From Vitrella brassicaformis CCMP3155 (Eukaryota; Protista; Chromerida), in assembly GCA_001179505.1 (NCBI GenBank), contig CDMY01000908.1, positions 124,001 to 188,000 of the forward strand: a stretch of DNA of 64,000 bases. The letters are read 5' to 3'. Shown here piece after piece: positions 1 to 12,121 of the stretch; the first letter of the stretch is position 1; every line of letters begins with the position of its first letter. A model generated the notes under the pieces. It ran no database searches. It was not told the origin of the DNA and worked only from the letters and a program-made list of their open reading frames with translations. Made by a program: the position numbers and the translations under genes.

Positions 1-1919
1 ATGGGAAGAACCGTTTCAGCGACGCCCCTGGCATGGCTGTCGACGAGGTGGGTGGGTGTGCTTGCCCTGGGCGGACGGATGGCTGGATGGATGTGGCTCA
101 CACATGTCTGTCTGCATCAATGTGTGTGCGCATTCGGCAGTATTGCATCGCTGAGGGTTCGCCCAGCATCCACTCGACGTATCTGCATCGCGTCGCCCGA
201 CTCATGATCACGTGCATGGGCAATGGGCTCTACTTCATCGCTGGTAGACACACACACACACACACACACATGCTTGCAAGCACGGATGGCAGCGCATTTG
301 GTTGATCGGTCTACGCAGGTACCCCCGATGAGCGTCGTCGCGGCAAGGAGTACCTGGACATCACGGTGGCCTTCTCCAGGGCCACCCTTCACAGCCGGCC
401 AGAGCGATACGCCGCATTCAAAGAATACCTCCACGAATCAGGCATCCACATGCACAACAGGTGGGCTGCCTGACGGTTTGTTTACTCTGCCAGAAACAGA
501 CGTACACACATCGACTGCTCCCTCCCTCCCTCCCTGCCTACGTGTGTGTCTTTTCACAAGGAATGACATGGAGCGGTTGGAGGTGCCGGAACCCCCCGAG
601 CGGCCCCGCGACATCGCACTCGAGTGCGGCACATTCGTGTTCGTATTCGACCCGCCCACCCCGTACGCAGCAACTGATATTGGCACCGACCTCTCAGACA
701 GACAGATCCATTCTGTTTATTTATGGGTGTTGCAGGTCTGCCCCCTATCAGGTGGTCATCGTGAGCACCCAGAGGGACAACCGCGACCGAGCGAGGTCCA
801 TTGTCCTCTCTGCTGCCGGCCAGCTGCCCGGGCGACGGACACCCAACGGGGCGTCTGCCGGCGGCATCACCCCCTCCCACTCCCATTACTCCTCATCCCA
901 CTCCCGCTACCCCCGCTCATTTTCCGACGCCGTCTCCAACACCTACCTCACCATCGACTCGCCGTCCGCGGCGTCCAGCAAGCCCGTGCTGCCCAAGACC
1001 ACACCACACACAGAGAGTGAGACCGACAACGACCACACCCACACAACGCCCACGCAGTCGTTCGGCTCGTCCTTCGAGGAGTCCGGCCGTTCGTCGGGGT
1101 GTGGGGGCGGCGGCCCCGTCAGCGGGAGGACGACCAATGGCGTCGGCAGCATTGGCTATGACGACAACATCGGATTCCCCACGGAGGAGTCCGAGGAGTC
1201 CGAACGCGACGATGACGACAACGGAGGCGAAGAGGGGAGGTCTGTGTGCGACGACATCGAGTGTCAGCAGCAGTACTGCCAGGAAGGGGCAGCCGCAGAG
1301 GGCGGCGGCGGCGAGGCACAGATGCCCAACGGCACCGGCGGGTCGCAGCACAAGTGAGCGACCGAGGCACATCCATCCATGATGTATCGTCTCGTCTGTC
1401 TGTCTGTCTGTGTGTGTGCAGCGGGTGTTTCCCCTCACTGTTGTCGTCCACGTCGGTGTCTCCCTCTCCCTCTCCCCAGCACGCCGCATTGGATGCGTGT
1501 GGTCGGCTGGGGGCCCTGGACACCGCCGTGCGCGACCTGGCCGCCTACGCCGACGACCTCGAGGGCGAGGTGCGAGACGTCGAGGACCGCAACGCATACC
1601 TCACACATCGCAACACGCAACTCGAACAAAAGAGCCCCGAACGGTAGGCATTACTTATGGGGTGGGGGACGTATCTATCTCTTTGTTGATGTGTGTGGAT
1701 GCGTGTAGGTATTGTGAGGAGCATCTGATGCAGCTGACCAGCATCGAGGCCATCGACGACTTCATCGCAGGGTGCAAGGAGGCCCTCAACACGATCGTCG
1801 GCGACCAGGGGAGGCTGGTCAACATGGTCAACCAGGCCTACCAACACGTGCACGCGGGCCAGCAGGGGGGCAGCAGTGGCAGCTCGCACGGTGCCAAAGG
1901 CGTGGCCTGCAACAAGTGA
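1..1919 (+). CDS. Hypothetical protein, 5'-partial and multi-exon, with a Ser/Gly/acidic low-complexity middle and a coiled-coil C-terminus
   Basis: Exons join in phase: ...MAVDE|YCIAEGSPSIHSTYLHRVARL...|GTPDERRRGKEYLDITV...|NDMERLEVPEPP...|SAPYQVVIVSTQ...; intron 1354-1480 (gtgagc...ccccag); HAALDACGRLGALDTAVRDL...|YCEEHLMQ...ACNK* (stop ends 1919). No family recognised. Confidence 0.7.
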
Positions 1920-2305
1920 TCTAGCTAGCTTGATAAGTAGATGGATGGAGGGAGGGAGACCAATCGAGAAAGGTGTCTGTCTATGTGTGTGCGCGGGCTT
2001 ATGTGTGTATGTATGTGAACACGGGAGTCTGCGTCACAGACAGACAGCCAAGGCAGCGGCGGTGGGGAAGAGGGTGGGGGTAAAGGTCACCACCTGACGG
2101 CGGACATGTGTGTCAGGCAGGCCCGGCCATGTGTGTGTGGGTGAGTGGCTGGGTAGGTGCGTGTGTGGGTTCCTGGCTCACTCCCCCATCTGTGTGGCCT
2201 TGCTCTAGCTACACAGTGAGTGAGTGAGTGTTATGTGTGTTGGTGCCTCTAGTCATTCGTGGATGGATGGATGCTTACCTACCGTGCAGGCAAAAAATTG
2301 ATGGG

Positions 2306-2605
2306 NNNNNNNNNNNNNNNNNNNNNNNNNNNNNNNNNNNNNNNNNNNNNNNNNNNNNNNNNNNNNNNNNNNNNNNNNNNNNNNNNNNNNNNNNNNNNNN
2401 NNNNNNNNNNNNNNNNNNNNNNNNNNNNNNNNNNNNNNNNNNNNNNNNNNNNNNNNNNNNNNNNNNNNNNNNNNNNNNNNNNNNNNNNNNNNNNNNNNNN
2501 NNNNNNNNNNNNNNNNNNNNNNNNNNNNNNNNNNNNNNNNNNNNNNNNNNNNNNNNNNNNNNNNNNNNNNNNNNNNNNNNNNNNNNNNNNNNNNNNNNNN
2601 NNNNN
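2306..2605. other. Scaffold gap (300 N)
   Basis: Run of N. Same-length gaps at 9850-10149, 11822-12121, 14680-14979 and 45071-45370 indicate a fixed placeholder size. Confidence 0.99.
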
Positions 2606-2969
2606 CAGCCAGCCAGCCAGGAAGTCAGTCGGTCAGGGACCAGACTGATGTCTGTCTGTTTCGTTTTTGCCGCCTGTGTGTTTTGTCTATAAAGTGAGCA
2701 GACGGACGCCAAGGTGCATGTCAGTACCTAGCTGTGTACCAGGCAGGCAGGTTTGTGTGAGTGAGTGTGAGACTTGCTGGCTGTCCGGCCACACCTGACG
2801 ACTCCGCTACTACGTTAGATCTACGTCTGGCGCAAATGGACGGAGGCGTGTATGTACGTGTGGTGCACTCCAGCACCCGTTTATGCACCAGAGCAGCTGC
2901 CACAGGTCCATCCATCTGCATGCAGACTGGGGGCGCCCCCAGGGAGTACAGTGAGACGCGGGTGTCACG

Positions 2970-5900
2970 ATGAGTGAGGCGTCAGAGCCGACTCTGCCGA
3001 AGAGTGGCGCCATGGCTGAGGTGTGGCAGTTCGAGAAGACCGACAAGTGGCGGATGGACATCCAGAAGCTCTCCAAAAAGACCCAGCTCAAGAAGGCCAA
3101 GGCCCCGGACGAGGTGTCGTTCTCCTTCCCTCAGGTATGTAGGACAAGTGAGGACACAACAAAACCATGGTGTACTGTATTTCCGACATGATCCCTGGAT
3201 GCAGTTCTTCATCGACCTCATTGGGCACGTTCTTTTCTACCATCTCGCGTTGCTGTCGCTCCCTGTTCTATACTGGCTGTACGGGGGCCCAAAAGGAGGG
3301 TACTTTGCGATGAGGAATCGGCTGTTCCTCGGCTATGATGCCAACTCAATCAACCAGCTGCTGCAGGCGTCAGTGAGATCTACTTACGCCATACAGACAG
3401 ACAGACAGACCGACAAGTGCGGCTGTTGCAAGTACGTTGTGTGTGTGCCTCTGTGCCTGCAGGTCTCTGTACATGGTGGCTTTCTACATATAATTCCTCT
3501 ATTTCCCCCGATCTGTGTACTCTGTCGAAATGTTCTACATGATCGGAATCAACTTCCTGCGGTCCCTCATCGTCGCTGTCAAATACGGGTGGGTGAGTCG
3601 GCAGGCCAGAAAACGCCGCTCATGGCACACCGACAGCTATGTGTCTCTACCGTGCAGCTATGTGTCGCGTCGCAACTACCGCGCTCGTGGAGAGCGGCTT
3701 GTGGACCAAAACGAGTTCTTGAACGAGCTCATGATCAGAGGCTGGATCAATATCAAACCGCACAGTAAGCACGCCAAAGGGGCCATCCATCCATCCATCC
3801 ATTCATCCATCCATCACATCTCCTCACCTCGCAGTTGCCCAGCGAGAGGTGGAGGATTGTTCGGAGAGGCTGAAGGTCTGCAGAACGGCCCGACTGCGAT
3901 TTGCACTCACCGAGGACACCGAACAAGTAATCCACACACACGCCATCGACCTCCTCACATCTTTCGATAGATGGCAATGCGTGCAGTTCACGGCGTCCGC
4001 CCACTTCATGCGGCTGCTCGGCATCTCGGACACCAGCCAGTTTTACACTTATCGACAGCACCTACCCGGGACACAAACCGACTCGCAGCAACCGGCCAAG
4101 AAACACGCCAAGAGACCCAAGAAGAGAAAGCGCCGCGCCTCTTTCGACCTCACCAATGCCATCTCTGGCCGAAATCCGGCTGTTCCGATGCTGGACGTAC
4201 GTGAAGCGGAAGAGATCATTGAGGGCGATGTTCTCATGGAGGAGGGGAAACAGCAATGGACACTGCCAGTGTCCGGCTCGCCTCGCTCTGTCCGCCGGCG
4301 CATGTCTCTTGGGTCGCTGTACGATGAGGGCATTGTGATATGCGACGTGCCCGTCATCACCCTGGCCCATTACTTTGTGTCTCATGCGGTAAAGAAGGGT
4401 GTCTCGTCTGTGACGCTGTTGGAGCTGTTTCTGTTCTCGGCTGTCATTGTGAGCCTGCCTGCTGTGGCAAGGGTGGTCGACGGCTACCATCCATTCGGTG
4501 ACAATACGCTGGTACACACACATGCCCATGGACGGATGGATGGATGCATCAGTGGATGGCAGTGTGCGTCTTTGCGTGTACCAAGGCCCAGTTGGTGATT
4601 GGGTGTTACTTCATTCCCACGGCCCTCAACACGTTCTCCAACTACCTCTTCCTCATTTCTGCCTTCCTGTGAGCTGTTACACCCACGGCGTGCAAGACAG
4701 AATCCACACACACAGGGGCTCCATGGCACTCTGCGATCGACATTCGGACGTGCTGGATCGTGGCTTCAGTGACTTCTCTCGTCGGCGTCTGCTCATGAAC
4801 TGCTGCGGCGCATTGCTGACCAACGACCTTGACGACGAGGAGCGGGTGGCCATCGACACGGGAGACGACCCAATGATCGTCAAACTGCCCGTCCTCGACA
4901 TGGCGGACTTATCAACGATCAGGTATGTGGCCGTCTCTTTCCTTGCCTACTTTACCGAGTTTGTTTGTGCGAAGGCGTTTCTATGCATGTCTCTGAGACG
5001 GGGATGGTGCAGGACTTTCTTGTTGTTGCGGCGGCTGCTGATGGACTGGGGTCGGCGTTACCTCAAGCGGATTACCATGTTTGTGGGCTTTTTCTTCGCA
5101 ACCAACATTGCTCTCATCGGATGGTGAGACACACGCGAGAGACAGCGAACACACACCACACAGACACACAAACCAAAGCTCGCCGAAACAAGGGTCTCTT
5201 GTCTACATATCAGGTTCCTGTATGAGCTATACGCCTTACAAATCTTCCGGTAGGTACACTTCACGCCAACCAACCCGTCGATCGATCATGCATTCATCGA
5301 GATCCGCCTTTTTTAATCAGGCTTTCGACCGTCATCATAGCAGGTGGGCGGCTTGTTCGCCATGTGTCTCCTCCCCTTCTGCTCCTGCATGTTTGTGTGT
5401 GTGTGTGTGTACAGGCACCCACAATCTGCTGCTGTCTGTGTGTTTCGTGATACTGGTGATAAACGGCATGGCCATCAACAAGAGCGCCGAGCGACACGCA
5501 TACCTGCTCGTTAGACACCAGGTAGGTACCCTACACATGACATGCGCACATGTGCCTACAAAACACGAGCCTCCCCCGCCCCCCTCCCTGTCTGCTTTCA
5601 GGACCGTCTGTCGACGATGCTGCAGCTGCGGCTGGTGGAGGTTGCTGGGGACAGCATTCTGGCGCACACCGATCAGGTCGAAATCGTCCCTGTCTCTTGC
5701 TGCCCACACAACAAGGGCATGCACCCGCATCAACCGAGCGAGATCGTCAAGAACGAGACAGAGGAGGACGAGCAGGAGCAGAATGGGGCAGAAGAGGCGG
5801 ACGACCATATCACGATCCCAGTGCCATGTACGTCTCTTGTTATCATGTGTTGCTGCACTGTCTCCCTTTCTCCCCTTTGATGCAGATGATGTTCTCTCTC

Positions 5901-6256
5901 CGCCCCGGCCAACTGCGCAGCTACAGATGGACCAGCCGGCGATTGAGAAGCTTGAGAAGCCCACGGACGTATTGCCCCCAGTAGCCATCGGATCGCCCAT
6001 GGCGCCGCTTGACCACCAGGAGGCCATGGTGATGAGCACCAGCGGCAGTCTGTCCACCGACCCAGTGCTGCATGAGCTCAACCTGGCCAGCGCACGGCTG
6101 ACGATGCTCGCCAACCAAATCACACTCGACAGAGACCAGAACCCCATTTCTATCATGGGCTTCTATGCCGGCATGGAGCTGCTGCGGGCCGTCTCGGTCA
6201 TCCCTATCGCCACTCTGACGGCCGTCGGTCAGTACTTCTCGCAGAATGGTGTGTAG
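2970..6256 (+). CDS. Multi-pass membrane protein, PHTF-like / 7TM ion channel (GR/OR-like) superfamily; in-frame TAA at 3491-3493
   Basis: Spliced product includes FFIDLIGHVLFYHLALLSL, NFLRSLIVAVKYGYVS, DFSRRRLLMNCCGALL...KLPVLDMADLSTIRTFLLLRRLLMDWGRRYLKR, GMAINKSAERHAYLLVRHQ and C-terminal ELNLASARLTMLANQITLDRDQNPISIMGFYAGMELLRAVSVIPIATLTAVGQYF. The C-terminal half parallels PHTF and the split TM7 of GR/OR channels. Confidence 0.7.
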
Positions 6257-6841
6257 GTAAAGTGTGCAGCGAGGCAGGGACCGAGGAAGTGGGCCTGGGT
6301 GCGTGCATGGGAGTAGAGAATGGCGGTAAAGATGACGCGAGATGGGCTGTGACCGAACAGGCAATGTTGAATGATCTGATGTGAAAGACTGCACCTGAGT
6401 GTGCGGGCGTGCTGTATATAAGCATTCGCAAGAAGAAATCACAGATAGAGTTCACATACACATGCACCAGCCAGCTCCACAGAGACACACGCATCTCAAT
6501 CGCATCCACCACTCGAGCTCGAGACACGGTTCGTTCCATCGCGTCGCCCGCATCCGTATCGTATCCATCGCACCACAACACACTGCCTGTCTTTCCTTCC
6601 ATCCATTTCACCATCCATCCGTCCATCCCATCCCATCCCATCAACGGCACACGCGATCCCCTCCTTGGCTTTCCATCCATCCATCCCATCACATGCACAG
6701 CCAGCCAGGCAGACAGCAGCCCCCGAAATGCAGGCAGGCAGACAGAGGGCGGGAGACAGCGAAGGGCAATAGAGAGACGACAAGTCCTGCCACCAGATGG
6801 GGGCTGGGAGGAAGGCAGAGGGAGGTGGCCAGCTGACACTT

Positions 6842-7710
6842 CTATGGGCATTCGCAGCCATACAAACGTGTACAGTACAATCGGTGTCGGCTTCGATGGC
6901 TCTCCACTGTCTCTCTCAGGAGGTTCGAGTGGGCTGTGACAGATCTCTGGCACTTTCTGGTGTCATCTTGCATCTTGGGAAAGCGGCTTTGCCGGGGGCC
7001 GTTGAGAGACACTGGACTGGGTTCCCGGCACCATTGCCAGCCTGCATCAGGCAAATGGATGGAACGTGTGTCTTTAGGCCCTCCCTGTATGTGTGCTTTG
7101 GTCAGTGTGCCTTCATACCTGTGGTCGTATGCGCCCTATCGATCCACGATATCGAGCAGGTAATGAGAATGCCAATGCGCGTCAGGAGAGAGCTCCTGCA
7201 CACACATGAACAATCAGCCAACAGAGAGAAGAATGATCACCAAGAACTCTGCCCCTTCGGTTTGACTAATAACTCGCCAACTCACCTGTCAACTGTGTCC
7301 CGGGCGAGCCGCTCGACAGAATCACGAAACTGCTGTCCGGGTGTCTTTGCTGCGAGTCAGTCGGACAAGTACCAACACACCAGGTGTGTGTGTGGTGGTG
7401 AGAGTGCATATTCCGTGTCGGCCCACCAGGTTGACTTGAGTTGAGTTGGCCCTGCATGTCAATGTCTTGCTGCTGTGTGGTGCGGGCCGCGGCAGCCCCG
7501 TCTCACTCGGCTCCTTTTGACGAACCAACTGCTGGCCTTCTTCCATCTGGGCTCTCCGTCACTGTGCTGGCCTCTTGAATGGCTGGGTGCGTCAAGCCGA
7601 GCAACTGGCACCCGCGAGACGCTGTGCGTGTCATCCTGGCTGTCCGTCAGTCTCCTCGACAGCGCGTGTTGGTCTTGGGTGAATGGACCGGCTTCGCTGA
7701 GTCGCTCGTC
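6842..7710 (-). CDS. Possible small spliced hypothetical gene
   Basis: Exon-like segments with AG/GT flanks on the minus strand (e.g. KTPGQQFRDSVERLARDTVDR near 7290-7350). Full structure not resolved. Confidence 0.3.
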
Positions 7711-8438
7711 CACTGGACCAAAGACACGCAAATACACATACAGAGACGCTGTGTGTGAAGTGTGCCGTGTCGCTCGGTTGCCGTACTTACGTGTGGAGAT
7801 GTTTGATGCCCCTCGGCCGATGTCTCCTGCGTCCTCTCCAATGCCGCTCGCTGTGGTCGTGTGCAGCCGCCTTTGTGTCTGTCATCCCTTCATTCCCCGG
7901 CATTCTGCCGTCTGTCCGTCACGTCCTGATCATGAGACTTCCCCACGATTGACTGACTGACTCCAACGCTCCGCACACTCCTTCAAGTGTCGCTTCCTTC
8001 ATCATCACACACGGCCGCATCACCACAAGAAGTGAACAACTTGGCCACGTCAGCGTGAGGCGGTGGATCACATCAGCCCTCAGCCCCCTCGCCGCGCCAT
8101 ATCGAGATTTGCCGGCTGCAACATGTCGTGTCTCCTCTCGACGCCGCTGCTGCCTTGTGCAGGCAGGCCTCTGCGATGCCGTCCCGCCAACTCCCCTCGT
8201 CCGCCCATCCGTCCGCCCTGACCCTCCAACATCCGCCCGGCAGCACACGCCTTGCTGTGTCAGCTCCTTCACCATCATCACGCACGCCGCAGCTCCACCA
8301 CACTCAATCGACATCACAGCAGCTCCATTCGGCCGTCTCTCTCTCCCCCCCCCGCCCCCCACTGTGCCGGTCCGTCGCGCCTTCCTTCTCGAGGAGCCGC
8401 AGAATGGAACTCACGAGGGACCGACATGGTGGGGACGC

Positions 8439-9728
8439 TCACGGGAGGTCGGCGGAGAAGTCGAGCTCGGTCTCCGACTCGATGGCCGCTTGTGATGTGT
8501 GTCGGCAGGTGCAGCTGCAGCTTGAGAAGGCTGCTGTGATCCGAGTCATAACAATGGCGAACAGGGTGCTGCAAAACAAAGGCGAGGCAGCGAATTGAGA
8601 CAGATTGTCTGTCATGTCTCGTGCCCCATCCACCCACCTCTTGCCGTTGTTGTCTCGCTTCGGAGAAGCCTTCGAGGTAATGTTGCATGAGATAATAGTT
8701 GAGTCGCCGCCACCCACCCGAGCCGCAACGGACACACCAGCGGGCGGCTGGCCAACGGCATGGCGCGGCTCGTGATACAGCGGCGGTGCCCCGCCACGAA
8801 ACAGATGTGCCCACCAGTCACTGAGAAACGCTTCTTGTGTCGCCCCCCTGCGACAGATGTAGTCGAAATGGTGGTTCTCGTGGTTCAGTAGGATCATCGT
8901 AGAGCGCTCGTCGAAAGCCTCCGACTGACAATCAAACACCTCGTGGCCCAGCCGATAGTCGCCCGGGCGATAGAAGTATGTTGCCAGGCGCCGATTAGTT
9001 CGGTCGAAGACAATAACGACACAGCTAACCCCAACACATAGAGAGATGCCGCGACTACTCCCTCGTTTGGCCATGTCGGCTGCCTCCAGCCACGCTGAAT
9101 GAGCCACTCCTGTGCCACCATCGATCGAAGTTCCGCCAGCGCGTTTGGGAACAGCCGGCTGAAAGGAATCAGCTGGTCTCCCTGCCACCATCGTGCCGTC
9201 GCGCAGTATGATACGCTTCAGCTCCAGTGGACTGGGAGAGATAAGCCCACCACTCTGCTCCCTGAGACGCTCGGCGAGGCAATGGAAGAAGCAGTGGTTG
9301 TCCCCCGGCTGCTGGATGACCGTGAGCGGCACGCGAAGACAGCTCAGCACTTGCCTCAGTCTCATCAAGTCGCCCGAGAACTGCATTCCTGTCAGACTCG
9401 GCTCATGAAGGACAGCGGTGAGGTGTCTTCTCTCCAGGTCAAGATCAGCGCGAAGTCTCGGCTTGCGCAGCTGGAACTTTGGCGGCGCTCCTGTGGACTT
9501 GATATGGCGAGGGTTGCCGCGCAGCTGAGCTTGTTCCGCTGCTTGCGAATATTGCGCGACAACCTCACAAACATGACGTCCTGCAGCAGCTTGTTCGGCA
9601 CCGAACGCAACGACTCCCGACTGACCGCACCTAGACAGACAATCCAAGCAGCGCAACGCTGATGATGTGTGTTCCTTCTCCCTGTGTCTCCCTGTCTCTG
9701 CTGTGCCCACATGCCCCTTGTCTTTCAC
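8439..9728 (-). CDS. OTU-family cysteine protease/deubiquitinase-like ORF, copy 1, with a compensated internal frameshift
   Basis: QQPGDNHCFFHCL (catalytic Cys codon at 9291-9293) and NHENHHFDY (His-x-Asp near 8862-8876). Relative to copy 2 it lacks 20 nt at 9201/9202 and 1 nt at 9026/9027. Confidence 0.7.
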   Translation of the reverse strand: MKDKGHVGTAETGRHREKEHTSSALRCLDCLSRCGQSGVVAFGAEQAAAGRHVCEVVAQYSQAAEQAQLRGNPRHIKSTGAPPKFQLRKPRLRADLDLERRHLTAVLHEPSLTGMQFSGDLMRLRQVLSCLRVPLTVIQQPGDNHCFFHCLAERLREQSGGLISPSPLELKRIILRDGTMVAGRPADSFQPAVPKRAGGTSIDGGTGVAHSAWLEAADMAKRGSSRGISLCVGVSCVVIVFDRTNRRLATYFYRPGDYRLGHEVFDCQSEAFDERSTMILLNHENHHFDYICRRGATQEAFLSDWWAHLFRGGAPPLYHEPRHAVGQPPAGVSVAARVGGGDSTIISCNITSKASPKRDNNGKRWVDGARDMTDNLSQFAASPLFCSTLFAIVMTRITAAFSSCSCTCRHTSQAAIESETELDFSADLP

Positions 9729-10157
9729 GGCTTGTTGACCGCAGTTTCACAACACACGGTCAGATATCACAGAGCACGTAGCGCTTGCCACGATGCATCT
9801 TTTGTTTTCAGCTTCACGAGACGCGCAGTCAACCAGACGTCTCGTACCTNNNNNNNNNNNNNNNNNNNNNNNNNNNNNNNNNNNNNNNNNNNNNNNNNNN
9901 NNNNNNNNNNNNNNNNNNNNNNNNNNNNNNNNNNNNNNNNNNNNNNNNNNNNNNNNNNNNNNNNNNNNNNNNNNNNNNNNNNNNNNNNNNNNNNNNNNNN
10001 NNNNNNNNNNNNNNNNNNNNNNNNNNNNNNNNNNNNNNNNNNNNNNNNNNNNNNNNNNNNNNNNNNNNNNNNNNNNNNNNNNNNNNNNNNNNNNNNNNNN
10101 NNNNNNNNNNNNNNNNNNNNNNNNNNNNNNNNNNNNNNNNNNNNNNNNNGGGGACGC

Positions 10158-11470
10158 TCACGGGAGGTCGGCGGAGAAGTCGAGCTCGGTCTCCGACTCG
10201 ATGGCCGCTTGTGATGTGTGTCGGCAGGTGCAGCTGCAGCTTGAGAAGGCTGCTGTGATCCGAGTCATAACAATGGCGAACAGGGTGCTGCAAAACAAAG
10301 GCGAGGCAGCGAATTGAGACAGATTGTCTGTCATGTCTCGTGCCCCATCCACCCACCTCTTGCCGTTGTTGTCTCGCTTCGGAGAAGCCTTCGAGGTAAT
10401 GTTGCATGAGATAATAGTTGAGTCGCCGCCGCCCACCCGAGGCGCAACGGACACACCAGCGGCCGGCTGGCCAACGGCATCCGGCGGCTCGTCATACAGC
10501 GGCGGTGCGCCGCCACGAAACAGGTGTGCCACCAGTCCCTGAGGAACGCTTCTTGTGTCGCCCCCCTGCGACAGATGTAGTCGAAATGGTGGTTCTCGTG
10601 GTTCAGTAGGATCATCGTAGAGTGCTCGTCGAAAGCCTCCGACTGACAATCAAACACCTCGTGGCCCAGCCGATAGTCGCCCGGGCGATAGAAGTATGTT
10701 GCCAGGCGCCGATTAGTCCGGTCGAAGGTAATGACGACACAGCTCAACCCCAACGCATAGAGAGACGCCGCGACCACTCCCTCGTTTGGCCATGTCGGCC
10801 GCCTCCACCCACGCTGAATGAGCCACTCCTCTGCCACCATCATTCGAAGATCTGCCAGCGCGTTTGGGAACAACTGGCTGAAAGGGACCAGCTGGTTTCC
10901 CTGCCACCATCGTGCCGTCGCGAAGCGTCGCTCAAGGACACGCAGTATGACACGCTTCAACTCCAGTGGACTCGGAGAGATAAGCCCACCACTCTGCTCC
11001 CTAAGACGCTCGGCGAGGCAATGGAAGAAGCAGTGGTGGTCAGCGGGCTGCTCAATGACAGTCAGTGGCACGCGAAGACAGCTCAGCACTTGCTTCAGTC
11101 TCGTCAAGTCGCCCGAGAAATGCATTCTGTCAGACTCGGCTCATGAAGGACGGCGGCTAGGTGCCATCTCTCAAGCTCCTGACCTCCCACTCCAGCACCA
11201 GTGTCAATGTCAGTGTCCCCACGCCGCATGTGTCCTCGAGGCTTGTCCTCCCTGTCTCCTCCGGTGTGGCTTCCTCCCGCCATCGCGATGAAATACTCTT
11301 TGACATATTTCTCAGGGCTCATAGAGGCCAACTCCTCTCGGAGGCACTGGTCAAGGAATGCCCGTTCCTCGGCCGGCAGCCCCTGAAAGAACTCAGGCAG
11401 AGGGCGCACGCTGGCCGAGCTGCTCGAGGTCATGTTGTTGTTGGCCTTCTCGGGCAGGTTGACGGTGCTG
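10158..11470 (-). pseudogene. OTU-domain copy 2, diverged, with 1-nt frameshifts on both sides of an intact OTU core
   Basis: EQPADHHCFFHCL...WLIQRGWRRPTWPNEGVVAASLYALGLSCVVI...NHHFDY. Single-base deletions versus copy 1 near 11125 (tgcattctg vs tgcattcctg) and near 10528 (gtgtgccacc vs atgtgcccacc). The 5' exon differs from copy 1. Confidence 0.6.
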
Positions 11471-11590
11471 TGCTGGGCGCAAGGAGACGCCAGCGTGTCG
11501 GCTTTGTCAGCCGGGGGCGGCTTGTCGTGGGTAACCGTCTTTTCGGGCTGATGGGAACCTGATCCAGTCAGCACAGAGACATTGACGATA

Positions 11591-11821
11591 TGAGGCATAA
11601 TCATGGGTGGAGGTTGAGGGTTGTGTTCACTAGCTCACCGGCATCCTTGGCGACAGCCGTGGCATTGCAGTGACCGGTGCGGCGGAGGATGCGGAGCGGA
11701 CGGATCCCCCCGCGAGACTCAGTGCCGGCTGGCCGCACTGCCAGACGCTTCTTCAGGGAGAGCATCGCGCGGCTGGGGCTATGGCGATGTCGAGACGGCT
11801 TCAACGACCAGGGTGTGCAAG
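11591..11821. repeat. 231-bp duplicate of 14980-15210, both gap-adjacent
   Basis: tgaggcataatcatgggtgg...gggtgtgcaag identical at offset 3389. Confidence 0.9.
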
Positions 11822-12121
11822 NNNNNNNNNNNNNNNNNNNNNNNNNNNNNNNNNNNNNNNNNNNNNNNNNNNNNNNNNNNNNNNNNNNNNNNNNNNNNNN
11901 NNNNNNNNNNNNNNNNNNNNNNNNNNNNNNNNNNNNNNNNNNNNNNNNNNNNNNNNNNNNNNNNNNNNNNNNNNNNNNNNNNNNNNNNNNNNNNNNNNNN
12001 NNNNNNNNNNNNNNNNNNNNNNNNNNNNNNNNNNNNNNNNNNNNNNNNNNNNNNNNNNNNNNNNNNNNNNNNNNNNNNNNNNNNNNNNNNNNNNNNNNNN
12101 NNNNNNNNNNNNNNNNNNNNN

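Noticed and set aside
2228-2712. ORF-track entries spanning N runs (also near 9850, 11822, 14680 and 45071)
   Set aside because: Artifacts of translating through the gap placeholders.
8404-8598. 65-codon plus-strand ORF (MELTRDRHGG...GEAAN), partly repeated at 10150-10317
   Set aside because: Short, overlaps the 3' end of the OTU ORF on the opposite strand, and has no recognisable motif; cannot be supported as a gene.
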